This document shows, in pieces, positions 46,451 through 55,218 of a DNA stretch of 64,000 nucleotides. The position numbers and the translations under genes were made by a program. Within the stretch, counting starts at the first letter, position 1. Each line of letters starts with the position of its first letter. This stretch comes from an uncultured Acidobacteriaceae bacterium (GTDB lineage: Bacteria > Acidobacteriota > Terriglobia > Terriglobales > Acidobacteriaceae). The notes beneath the pieces are model-generated. The model was given only the letters and a program-made list of their open reading frames with translations. It ran no database searches and was not told the DNA's origin. The stretch spans positions 726,929 to 790,928 of the forward strand of contig CAWAIT010000005.1 of assembly GCA_963782235.1 (NCBI GenBank). Direction: 5' to 3'.

Positions 46451-48505
46451 CTATCGTGCCCCCACCAGCTGCCCCTCTTCCTTCTTCGCGCGCGCAATGG
46501 CCACCAGCTCCGCCGCCTTCTGCGCGATGTGCTCGGCGCTGACCTCGAACTCCTTGATCAGCTCCCAGGGCGCGCCGGAATCGCCGAAGCGGTCCTTCAC
46601 GCCGATGGCGCCGGTGATGATGGGCGTGCCGTACAGCTCGTGGCTCTCGGTTAGAACGCTGCTCACGCGCCAGGCCAGCGCGCCGATCTGGTGCTCTTCG
46701 GCGGTGACCACTACGCCCGTTTCCTTGGCGGCGCGACAGATGGCATCGGCATCGATCGGCTTCATGGTGTGCATGTTGATGACGCGCGTCTCGTAGCCGA
46801 ATTCCTTCTTCAGGATCCATGCCGCGCGCATCGCCTCGGGCACCATCGGGCCGCAGGCGATGATGCTCAGGTCTTCGCCTTCGTCCATGTAGTGCGAAGC
46901 CAGCACCGTGTCGAAGGCGTCGATCATCTGCTCGGCCTCACGGCGCAGGCGGATGACATTGGCCTTGCCGAAAACGAAGGGCGTGTCTTCCCGGGTGACG
47001 ATCGGCGTGGCTTCGCGCGCGAAGCGAATGTACTTCGGTCCTACGTGCTGCAGCAGCAGGTAGTCGGTAGCCTTGCGGGTTTCGATCGCGTCGCACGGTA
47101 CTTCGACCACCATGTTGGGCAGGCCGCACATGGCGAACAGATCTTCCAGCGCCTGATGCGTTGCGCCGTCGGGGCCAACCGAGACGCCGCCGTGCGCGCC
47201 GGCGATCATCACGTTGAAGTTGCCGTAGCAAACCGACACGCGAATCTGGTCGAGATTGCGCGCCGCAGCAAACGTGCCATACGTTCCGAAGACCGGCAAC
47301 TTCCCTTCCCGCGCCAGTCCGGCAGCGGCCGCGGTAGCGGACTGCTCGGCAATGCCCATGCTGATCCAGCGATTCTTGCGCTCGGGCTTGCCGTTGTAGA
47401 AGTCGCTGATGGTGATTGAGCCCGAGATGTCGAGCCCCAGGCAGACCACGCGCTCGTCGCCGCCGTTGTTCTGGAGCGACTTGCCAAAGCCTTTGCGGGT
47501 CGGCTCCATCGCGACCTTCATCGTGCTGCCGATGTTCCACCAATAGTCGTTGGTGAACTTCGGCATCTTGGCGTCGAGTTTGGCTTCCACTTCCTTCTGA
47601 TACGCGGCAGCTTGCTTCAGCAGCGCGTCGTAGGCGATGGTCTGTTTCAAGCCGAGTTCGTCGAGTCCTTTGACCATCTCGTCGTAGCTCGGAGCCTTGC
47701 CGTGCCATCCGGCGACGTTCTCCATAAAGCTGACGCCCTTGCCCTTGACCGTGTTGCAGATGACGACCGTCGGCTTGCCGGCAACCGGGACCTTCTTCGC
47801 GTTTTGCAGCGCGTCGACCACCTGCGGCATGTCGTGCCCGTCGCAAACGATGACCTCCCAGCCGAAGCTGCGATAGCGCTCTTCCAGCGGCTCGACGTTC
47901 ATCACGTCCTTCACCCAGCCGTCAATCTGCAAGCGGTTGCGATCGATGATGCCGACGAGGTTATCGAGCTTGTAGTGCGAGCCCTCCATCACGGCTTCCC
48001 AAATGCTGCCTTCCTGCTGCTCGCCGTCGCCCATGATGCAGAAGACCGTGTTCTTGCGCCCGTCGAGCTTGTTGCCCAGCGCTATGCCGACCGCGATGCT
48101 GAGTCCCTGGCCGAGCGAGCCCGTCGAGGCTTCGACGCCAGGCAGCTTCAGCCGGTGCGGGTGTCCCTGGAAAGGCGAGTACAGCTTGCGCAGCGTGACA
48201 ATGTCTTCGATGGGGAAGTAGCCCGCGAATCCCAAACCGAGATAAAGCGCCGGAGCTTTATGTCCCCCGGACCAGACGATGCGGTCGCGATCCGGCCACT
48301 CGGGCACATTGGGATCGTGGTTCGCGACCTTGAGATACAGGGCGGCGACGATGTCCATCATGGACAGAGTTCCGCCGGCATGGCCTGAGCCGGCCGCGCA
48401 CAGCGATACCAGATCATAGCCGCGCATCAGGCGAGCGGCTTGTTCGAGCTCCGGGATGGTGAAATCGCGAGTCACGGTCTTGGAGAAGGCGTTGAAGATA
48501 GGCAT
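46451..48505 (-). CDS. tkt: transketolase (single-chain form of the split N/C-terminal type)
   Basis: 684 aa. GSGHAGGTLS, GSLGQGLS, the TPP motif GDGEQQEGSIWEA...NLVGIIDRN, and a C-terminal Pyr/TK-C region. Confidence 0.85.
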   Translation of the reverse strand: MPIFNAFSKTVTRDFTIPELEQAARLMRGYDLVSLCAAGSGHAGGTLSMMDIVAALYLKVANHDPNVPEWPDRDRIVWSGGHKAPALYLGLGFAGYFPIEDIVTLRKLYSPFQGHPHRLKLPGVEASTGSLGQGLSIAVGIALGNKLDGRKNTVFCIMGDGEQQEGSIWEAVMEGSHYKLDNLVGIIDRNRLQIDGWVKDVMNVEPLEERYRSFGWEVIVCDGHDMPQVVDALQNAKKVPVAGKPTVVICNTVKGKGVSFMENVAGWHGKAPSYDEMVKGLDELGLKQTIAYDALLKQAAAYQKEVEAKLDAKMPKFTNDYWWNIGSTMKVAMEPTRKGFGKSLQNNGGDERVVCLGLDISGSITISDFYNGKPERKNRWISMGIAEQSATAAAAGLAREGKLPVFGTYGTFAAARNLDQIRVSVCYGNFNVMIAGAHGGVSVGPDGATHQALEDLFAMCGLPNMVVEVPCDAIETRKATDYLLLQHVGPKYIRFAREATPIVTREDTPFVFGKANVIRLRREAEQMIDAFDTVLASHYMDEGEDLSIIACGPMVPEAMRAAWILKKEFGYETRVINMHTMKPIDADAICRAAKETGVVVTAEEHQIGALAWRVSSVLTESHELYGTPIITGAIGVKDRFGDSGAPWELIKEFEVSAEHIAQKAAELVAIARAKKEEGQLVGAR

Positions 48506-48849
48506 GTCATGTTCCTTTGTCCAGGCTAGGTGGTCTGGCGAAGCCGGATCGCAGCGAGAGTTATGGCAAGAGGCTGTCCCGCGCTCTGCCCTGTATGCCG
48601 AGCCCGGTACTTCTCGGACTATTCACCTTACGAGCGAATGACCGGAGGCGCAGTGAGCTTCGTCACTAACCAGTTGTGACGCCTGTACAGCCTCGTAAGC
48701 GCACCGGTCCGCCACTTCGCATTCGAGGGGCAGACCAGAAGTTCGCCTGCACACGTCTGACTGGTTGACCTTCCGCAACTCGTTCTTAGTCGAACTGTTT
48801 TGTCCAGACTTTCCGAGCTCTTGTCGCGTGATGGGCAATCTCACTCGAC

Positions 48850-49923
48850 CTATTGGTTACTTTCGAGCGTGTTCCTAATGGTCGTGAGCGCATCCTTCAG
48901 ATTCGAAACTGACCGGCCCACCGCGGCTTTTCGAACGATCGATCCCTTTATGCCAGTCAGGCCAGTCTGCTCCGAACCCATAGCCATGATGAGATAAAAT
49001 CCGGGCTGCTTCGGGTCGTCACTACCGCGGACGCAGAAGGAGAGATCCAACGCAGTTTCAAAGTAGTGGCTCGAATAGAGCTGTTTCTCGGCGATGGCGT
49101 AGGCAATCGGGTCATTAGGGTTCCCGCGCATAGTTACCACCTGCACCACCCGCAGTGTCGGCTTCAATCCAAATTTCACCCTCGCCCAATAGAAAGTGTC
49201 TTCGACGTTCGCGGGCTTCGTATTGGGATAGGAGAGAAGGTAGTGGTAGAAATCCGGCAGGTGCTTGGGCAATGCCTTGTCGTAACTTAGCATGTAGGCG
49301 AACTGTTTGGGCACCTCCGTTGGGTCATGCTTATCGTTATAGACCCCCAGGGCCGTGTTGCCTTCGCGCTCGTAGGCGAGCAGCCGCTGCAGCGCCGTCT
49401 TCTGCAGGAGCTGATTCACTTGTTCGTCTACGTCAGCCGCGGACCAATTGACGGACTGCTGGACCTCTTCGATGGAGCTCGCAGGCATCTGAATCAGACA
49501 GTTGCCGGGCTTGCAGTCCTTTAAGGCCTGAACGTCATCGTTGTCGAACGAGAAGCCCTTCAAGTCAGAAAGCTGCGGAGGATTGGAAAACACACCAAGC
49601 GCAAGATAGTTAGGAAGCTTGCGAAGCCGGTTGAAATCCAATGCAAATCGAAGGTACTTCTCAGGAGCAGCATGGATATAGATGGCTCCAACTAAGAAAA
49701 CTTCGGCCGGACTGCGGGACGGAAGGGTCTTCGCGACCGCCTGTCCCTTTTCTAAGGCGGCGATCTGATCCTGACTCAGTCCGCTGTCCTGCTGAAGATA
49801 TCTCTGCAGGTCGGGATTCGACTGAGAATACGTGGGCTGAGCGCTAACGGCAATCACGAGCAGCAACGTGGCGGCAAAGACGACGCTCCGGAGCAAGCGG
49901 ACGTTAGTTTGGGTTCTCTTCAT
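48850..49923 (-). CDS. hypothetical secreted protein
   Basis: Start taken at MKRTQTNVRLLRSVVFAATLLLVIAVSAQP (signal). About 357 aa, no family recognised. The region looks AT-richer than its flanks. Confidence 0.55.
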   Translation of the reverse strand: MKRTQTNVRLLRSVVFAATLLLVIAVSAQPTYSQSNPDLQRYLQQDSGLSQDQIAALEKGQAVAKTLPSRSPAEVFLVGAIYIHAAPEKYLRFALDFNRLRKLPNYLALGVFSNPPQLSDLKGFSFDNDDVQALKDCKPGNCLIQMPASSIEEVQQSVNWSAADVDEQVNQLLQKTALQRLLAYEREGNTALGVYNDKHDPTEVPKQFAYMLSYDKALPKHLPDFYHYLLSYPNTKPANVEDTFYWARVKFGLKPTLRVVQVVTMRGNPNDPIAYAIAEKQLYSSHYFETALDLSFCVRGSDDPKQPGFYLIMAMGSEQTGLTGIKGSIVRKAAVGRSVSNLKDALTTIRNTLESNQ

Positions 49924-50181
49924 AGCAGGGCACCGTGAGTGGATGCGCATCGCGTTCGAGTCTTCCATATCTGACATCTCCTCGGCTAGTCCCAGGTTGC
50001 GACGCCCTTTTCGACCGTCCGCTCTCGTACCCGCGTCACAGCAGGCTCAAGCAAAAGCAAAGAGAACGGACAACCATCAACGTGACGCTGTCGTGATGGA
50101 TAGTGTGCGAGACCTCGCGGCAAAGCGCCCGGCGAACCTCGGAGAAGCAAGAAAATCTCTTTGCCCGTAAGATGTTGAAAT

Positions 50182-51681
50182 ATGTCGACCGAAGCCGCCG
50201 CAAAGCGGCAAGAAGTCGAGGGAGCTTATGCGAACTTCCTCGACCGATATCCTGAATACGCAGAAACCGCTGTACTAGACCGGCTGCGAGCGACCGAATA
50301 TCGGCGGTTGGATGAGCAGCATCAGGTCTATCTCGACTACACGGGTGGTTCTCTGTATTCGGAATCTCAAGTGGAGCAACACATCGACTTGCTGCGCTCC
50401 AGCGTTCTTGGCAATCCGCACTCCCACAACCCGACGTCAGCAGCAATGACTGAGCAAGTGGAGCGGACTCGCCGGGTCGTGCTGGAGTACTTCGGGACTA
50501 GTGTCTCGGATTACATTGTCGTCTTCACCCATAACGCCTCGGGCGGACTCAAACTGATAGGAGAGTCGTTCCCCTTCGCGCCTGCCGGCCGCCTGTTGCT
50601 CACATTCGATAACCACAACTCCGTAAACGGGATTCGCGAATTCGCGCGCGCCAAGGGTTCCCAGCTCTCGTATGCGCCGCTGGTTGCGCCGGAGCTGCGG
50701 GTCGACAGAAAGCGCTTGGACACGCTTCTGGATCAGGCCGACCCGGTCAATGACAATCTGTTCGCCTATCCTGCGCAATCGAATTTTTCCGGCGTCAAGC
50801 ATCCCCTCGATCTCGTAAAACGAGCGCAAGACAAAGGGTGGTGCGTTCTGCTCGACGCGGCAGCCTTTGTACCCACCAATCGTCTGGATCTGGGGCAGGT
50901 GCAGCCGGATTTCTTGACCATCTCCTTCTACAAGATGTTCGGCTATCCAACCGGTGTCGGTGCGCTGCTCATTCGGCGATCGACGTTCAGCAAATTGAAG
51001 AGGCCGTGGTTTGCCGGTGGGACGGTTAACTTTGCCTCCGTTCAATCGCAGTCTCACGTGCTCGCGCGCAACGAAGCTGCTTTCGAGGATGGGACACTCA
51101 ACTATCTTTCAATTCCTGCGGTCGCCATCGGGCTGCGACACATCGAGACCATAGGGATAGAACGAATCACGCAACGCGTCCGCTGTCTCACCGGGTGGCT
51201 GCTCAGGGAATTGTTGGCTCTGCGGCATAGTAATGGCCTCCCCATGGTGCGTATTTATGGGCCGAGCACCACCGAAGCAAGAGGCGGTACGGTGACGCTA
51301 AACCTCTACGACCCTCAGGGGCGCCTGCTGGATTACCGGCGCGTGGAGGAGTTAGCCGGGAAGCAAGGAATCTCCCTGCGCAGCGGATGCTTTTGCAACC
51401 CCGGGGTTGGAGAAATCGCTGAGGGCCTGACGGAAGACGATATGCGCGCAGCCTATGCGCTAGGCGATGACGCTAACCTGATCAGCTTTATGCGACTCAT
51501 GCAGGGGCGCGGGCAAAAGAGCGCGGGAGCTCTCAGGGCTTCAATCGGAATCGTCAGCAACTTTGCGGACGTCTGGCGCCTGCGAGAATTTGTTGCGGAA
51601 TTCCGGGACCAGGCGCATCTGGCCATTGGAGATGTCACCTTCGATATCGAATCATGCCGCATCATACGCGACGGAAGCTGA
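50182..51681 (+). CDS. class V aminotransferase-fold PLP enzyme (molybdenum cofactor sulfurase N-domain-like / cysteine desulfurase-like)
   Basis: YLDYTGGSLYSESQVEQH, LGNPHSHNPTS, and the PLP-lysine context ISFYKMFGYPTGVGALL. No MOSC domain follows. Confidence 0.75.
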   Translation: MSTEAAAKRQEVEGAYANFLDRYPEYAETAVLDRLRATEYRRLDEQHQVYLDYTGGSLYSESQVEQHIDLLRSSVLGNPHSHNPTSAAMTEQVERTRRVVLEYFGTSVSDYIVVFTHNASGGLKLIGESFPFAPAGRLLLTFDNHNSVNGIREFARAKGSQLSYAPLVAPELRVDRKRLDTLLDQADPVNDNLFAYPAQSNFSGVKHPLDLVKRAQDKGWCVLLDAAAFVPTNRLDLGQVQPDFLTISFYKMFGYPTGVGALLIRRSTFSKLKRPWFAGGTVNFASVQSQSHVLARNEAAFEDGTLNYLSIPAVAIGLRHIETIGIERITQRVRCLTGWLLRELLALRHSNGLPMVRIYGPSTTEARGGTVTLNLYDPQGRLLDYRRVEELAGKQGISLRSGCFCNPGVGEIAEGLTEDDMRAAYALGDDANLISFMRLMQGRGQKSAGALRASIGIVSNFADVWRLREFVAEFRDQAHLAIGDVTFDIESCRIIRDGS

Positions 51682-51718
51682 TAGCGCCGCACGCTCCCCG
51701 CAGCCCAGGCAAGTATTC

Positions 51719-52969
51719 TTACCGCAAGCTAGGTTCTTCGATCGGCTGCGGTGACGCCACCTCATCCGCGGTATGACGAATCTCAGCCTGAACCGCATTA
51801 AGCGCCTGCCGCAAGTCAGCAATCAAGTCTTCTACATCTTCGATTCCGACCGAGTAACGCACCAGGCCGTCGGTAAAACCTGCGGTCCGGCGGTCCTCGG
51901 GTGACATACCGGCGTGCGTCATCGATGCAGGGTGCTCGATGAGAGTTTCAACTCCCCCAAGCGAGACCGCGAGCGTCGCCAGCCGAACGTGGTCCATCAG
52001 GATCCGGCCCGCTTCCATTCCGCCCTTGAGTTCGAAGCTGATCATCGACCCGAAGCCCTTCATCTGGCGGGCGGCGAGCTCGTGCTGGGGATGGGATTCA
52101 AGGCCGATGTAGCGCACCCGGCTGATTTCCGGCTGCTTCTCCAGCCAGCGGGCAATCTGCATGGCGTTGCTCTGCGCCCGCTCAATGCGAATACCCAGCG
52201 TCTTCAATCCGCGAATGACCATGAACGCCTGATGCGGATCCATGTTGCATCCGGAATTCACCATGGTCTTGCGCAAGCGCTGACAAATGTCGCGGTCTTT
52301 GGCGACAAGGAGGCCTCCAACAACGTCGGCATGCCCATTGATGAACTTGGTCACCGAGTGAAGCACAACATCCGCGCCGAGATTCAGGGGCTGCTGTAGA
52401 TAGGGGCTGGCGAAGGTGTTGTCGACCACGACGAGACAGCCGTGTTGGTGCGCGATTTCCGATACGGCTGCAATGTCGGTGACTTGCATCGTCGGATTCG
52501 CCGGCGTCTCCACATAAACCAGCCGTGAATTGGAGCGCAACGCGCCCCTGACCTCGCGCAGATCGCAGGTATCCACATAGCTGGACCGGACGCCGAAGCG
52601 GGAAAAGTCTTTCTCCATTAGGCCGCGACTGGGACCGTAAACAGAGGCGGTGCTCACGATATGGTCACCGGCCGAGAGCAGCGCCAGGTAAGCCGTACAC
52701 ACAGCACCCATCCCGGAACTGGTGGCAATTCCTCTGCAGCCGTTTTCCAGTTCGGCGACCGCGTCCTCCAGGGCCCGAATCGTTGGGTTGCCGATGCGTG
52801 TGTAAATGTAACCGTCGTCCGTGCCGGCAAAGAGGGCGGCGCCATGCTCGGCATTCCGAAAGGCAAACGTCGAAGTCTGATAGATCGGCACATTGACCGA
52901 GCCGGTCGCGTCCGGTTTGTACCCAGCATGAATCAGCTTGCTATTGGTCCCAAGATGCTTCGTTTCCAT
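51719..52969 (-). CDS. Cys/Met-metabolism PLP enzyme, methionine gamma-lyase-like
   Basis: IHAGYKPD...VNVPIYQTSTFAF, YTRIGNPT, PLP-lysine HSVTKFINGH. 416 aa. Confidence 0.8.
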   Translation of the reverse strand: METKHLGTNSKLIHAGYKPDATGSVNVPIYQTSTFAFRNAEHGAALFAGTDDGYIYTRIGNPTIRALEDAVAELENGCRGIATSSGMGAVCTAYLALLSAGDHIVSTASVYGPSRGLMEKDFSRFGVRSSYVDTCDLREVRGALRSNSRLVYVETPANPTMQVTDIAAVSEIAHQHGCLVVVDNTFASPYLQQPLNLGADVVLHSVTKFINGHADVVGGLLVAKDRDICQRLRKTMVNSGCNMDPHQAFMVIRGLKTLGIRIERAQSNAMQIARWLEKQPEISRVRYIGLESHPQHELAARQMKGFGSMISFELKGGMEAGRILMDHVRLATLAVSLGGVETLIEHPASMTHAGMSPEDRRTAGFTDGLVRYSVGIEDVEDLIADLRQALNAVQAEIRHTADEVASPQPIEEPSLR

Positions 52970-53207
52970 GATGTGTCCTTTCGAGCCAAGGAGTCCTGCA
53001 TCATTGATAGGCGGACCGGCCGCTAATCAAAGCAAACTTTCAAGTATCCGCTCGCCTCGACCAACCCCACAGTGATGCGCGCCACAGCTCGCGGTGACCA
53101 GCGTAGGCCAAGCAGAGCCTTAGGCAGTCCGGTTACGAAAAACGAGTTGCGCGTTATTCGCCACCGCAATGGTGACCGCAGTCGCCGCAGCCATGATCGC
53201 AGCAGTG

Positions 53208-53645
53208 TCAGTGCATGCGCGCGCAGGTTACCTGTGTCACGTTGCCATCGTTCGTCGATGGTCTGGATTGGGCTTCCTTCGTGAGCCGCGATTCCAGGAA
53301 ACTTACAAGTTGCCAACGCTGCTGCCGGCTGAATTGGGACCACGAAGGCATACCCAGGCTGATACTGCCGTGCGTAACGAACCAGAACACTTCACCTGGC
53401 TTGGCACTCTCCAAGGCTGAACTATCGAGCGATGGCGCAGCACCCCGGCCCTGCAAGTCGCTGCCATGGCACTGAGCGCAGCTCTGCATGTAAAGCTTCT
53501 TGCCTTCCACCGCGGCCGAAGGTTCGTCGGCAAGAGGATTGGTCATTGCCGCTGAGCTGGTAGGAGCATTATGAAAGGCCTGGGCACAAAGCAGCGAGGG
53601 CAGGATCCATGAGAGAGCCAAGATAAAAGCAATTCTGAGCTTCAT
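53208..53645 (-). CDS. periplasmic class I c-type cytochrome
   Basis: Signal MKLRIAFILALSWILPSLLCAQA, haem site CAQCH, distal GMPSW. The TGA stop is followed in frame by HCCDHGCGDCGHHCGGE-TAA (see findings). Confidence 0.8.
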   Translation of the reverse strand: MKLRIAFILALSWILPSLLCAQAFHNAPTSSAAMTNPLADEPSAAVEGKKLYMQSCAQCHGSDLQGRGAAPSLDSSALESAKPGEVFWFVTHGSISLGMPSWSQFSRQQRWQLVSFLESRLTKEAQSRPSTNDGNVTQVTCARMH

Positions 53646-53725
53646 GGCGTGATACTCCTGCAAAACAAATACCGCGAAAGCTCACCATTTGCCATGACGG
53701 CGGTCACTTGTCCACGTGACCGTTT

Positions 53726-54691
53726 TCAGTTCGCCTTTGCCGATCCGGCCTTTCTCGCAAGTGCCAACTGGGCCCTTTCGTACTGCTGTAGCAGATTCCG
53801 TGTCAGTTTTTCTTTGTTCGGACACTCGTAAGGCGGCCGGTACGACCGGCACTGCTTGACTACGTTTTCCAGGCTGTCGAGAAACACCTGGCAGGGCTCA
53901 CAGTCGTGAATGTGCTTCTGCATTTCTTCGCAGACGGCATCATGCACCATTCCGTCCAGGTAATCCGAAAGCGCGGCAAAGAGCTCGCGGCAGTTTTTCT
54001 GCTTCGAGTGTGCTGCCTGCTTGCGGGCTGCCGATCCATTCCGCCCACCGTCCTTCCCAACGCGCACCAACTCTTTGCGAACCAGCAGCCTGGCGCGATG
54101 CAGCCGAACGCGCACCGTGCCTTCTCGCAGACCCATCACTCTTGCCACTTCGCCCGTTCCCAGGCCCTCCATGTCGTGCAGCACCAGAACGAAGCGGTAC
54201 TGCGGCGGCAGCTTCAATATGGCCCGCTGCAAGCGATCGGCGGCCTCCTTGGTCAGTACAGTAGATTCGGGGCTCGGGCCTTGGCTTGCGAGCAACTCCT
54301 GCAACTCGCGGCCGTCCGGCATCAGCGAGTCCAGCGACAGGTTGATCTTCGGCGAAAACTTCGCGCCTCGCCGGCTCATCAGACAGCGATTGCGGGCCAC
54401 CTTATAAAGCCATACCGAGAGTGCCTGCGCATTCTCAAATTTCTCCAGATACGGGAGCGACTTCAGCAAGACGTCCTGCATGGTGTCTTCCGCGTCCTGC
54501 GGATGACCACAGACTTTCATGCTGAAAGAGAAGACAGTGTTTTGCAGTAGTCCGAGGGCCCGCTCTATCGAAGATGATTCGTTGCTGTGGATCAGCTCCA
54601 GAGCTTGCTCAACCTCCGCCCGCATACTCCTTAAGATAGCCGAGGAACAAGCCTTAGCCAACCGGACCTGCGCCCAGGCAGCTTCAGTCAT
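53726..54691 (-). CDS. ECF sigma factor fused to a C-terminal zf-HC2/Cys-rich anti-sigma-like domain
   Basis: Sigma regions 2 and 4 (DAEDTMQDVLLKSL..., YRFVLVLHDMEGLGTGEVARVMGLREGTVRVRLHRAR), followed in the same ORF by CRELFAALSDYLDGMVHDAVCEEMQKHIHDCEPCQVFL...CRSY...YECP. Confidence 0.8.
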   Translation of the reverse strand: MTEAAWAQVRLAKACSSAILRSMRAEVEQALELIHSNESSSIERALGLLQNTVFSFSMKVCGHPQDAEDTMQDVLLKSLPYLEKFENAQALSVWLYKVARNRCLMSRRGAKFSPKINLSLDSLMPDGRELQELLASQGPSPESTVLTKEAADRLQRAILKLPPQYRFVLVLHDMEGLGTGEVARVMGLREGTVRVRLHRARLLVRKELVRVGKDGGRNGSAARKQAAHSKQKNCRELFAALSDYLDGMVHDAVCEEMQKHIHDCEPCQVFLDSLENVVKQCRSYRPPYECPNKEKLTRNLLQQYERAQLALARKAGSAKAN

Positions 54692-54721
54692 GACGGCCCG
54701 ACCGGCCGTCCATCACGCCCC

Positions 54722-54901
54722 TCAACGGAAGCGGCTCGATCCTGAGTTGCTGCACCCGGCGGTAGCGAAGGTGGAGAGCAGCCGTTCGATCCGCTCCGAA
54801 CCGCAGTCCGGGCAGCGAACCTCGCTGTCGTCGTCACCGATGCGACGAAGCTTCTCGAAGTTGCTGCCGCAGGTGTAACAGACGTAGTCGTACAGAGGCA
54901 T
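54722..54901 (-). CDS. FmdB-family zinc-ribbon protein (59 aa, below the ORF-track cutoff)
   Basis: MPLYDYVCYTCGSNFEKLRRIGDDDSEVRCPDCGSERIERLLS with paired CxxC motifs. 30 nt upstream of the sigma fusion gene on the same strand. Confidence 0.7.
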   Translation of the reverse strand: MPLYDYVCYTCGSNFEKLRRIGDDDSEVRCPDCGSERIERLLSTFATAGCSNSGSSRFR

Positions 54902-54996
54902 TGGGGTCGATCTCGCTGGAAGAATTCCTCATCATTAGATGAATGCTGATTCCACGCGAAGCGTTACAACGGCTCTCCTCGACTGAGATTGAAGGT

Positions 54997-55087
54997 GTCA
55001 TCCTAAGCGTAGCGAAGGACCTGCTTCTTGCCCTCAGGGCGAGTGCGTTTGTCATCCTGAGGACGCGATAGCGACCGAAGGACCTGC
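54997..55087 (+). repeat. two tandem REP family 1 copies
   Basis: GTCATCCTAAGCGTAGCGAAGGACCTGC (54997..55024) and GTCATCCTGAGGACGCGATAGCGACCGAAGGACCTGC (55051..55087). Confidence 0.75.
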
Positions 55088-55218
55088 TCTCGTGCGCAGT
55101 GCGACGGCCTCCCTTCTTTGCGCAAGCGCTTTCCTCCTCGAAAGGTCATCCCGTGGTCCAGAGCTCCGTGCGTAAGAAACTCCCGCCTTCACTTATTCCT
55201 GCCACCGGAATTGGATAG

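Noticed and set aside
48506-48849. TPP riboswitch upstream of transketolase
   Set aside because: I could not find the conserved TPP-aptamer motifs on the coding strand by eye. It is kept only as a low-interest unexplained leader.
53023-53343. 106-aa minus-strand ORF overlapping the end of the cytochrome c gene and the Cys/His-rich extension
   Set aside because: It is a different frame of the same DNA, Arg/Leu-rich, with no start context. The in-frame Cys/His extension of the cytochrome is the more striking reading of this stretch.
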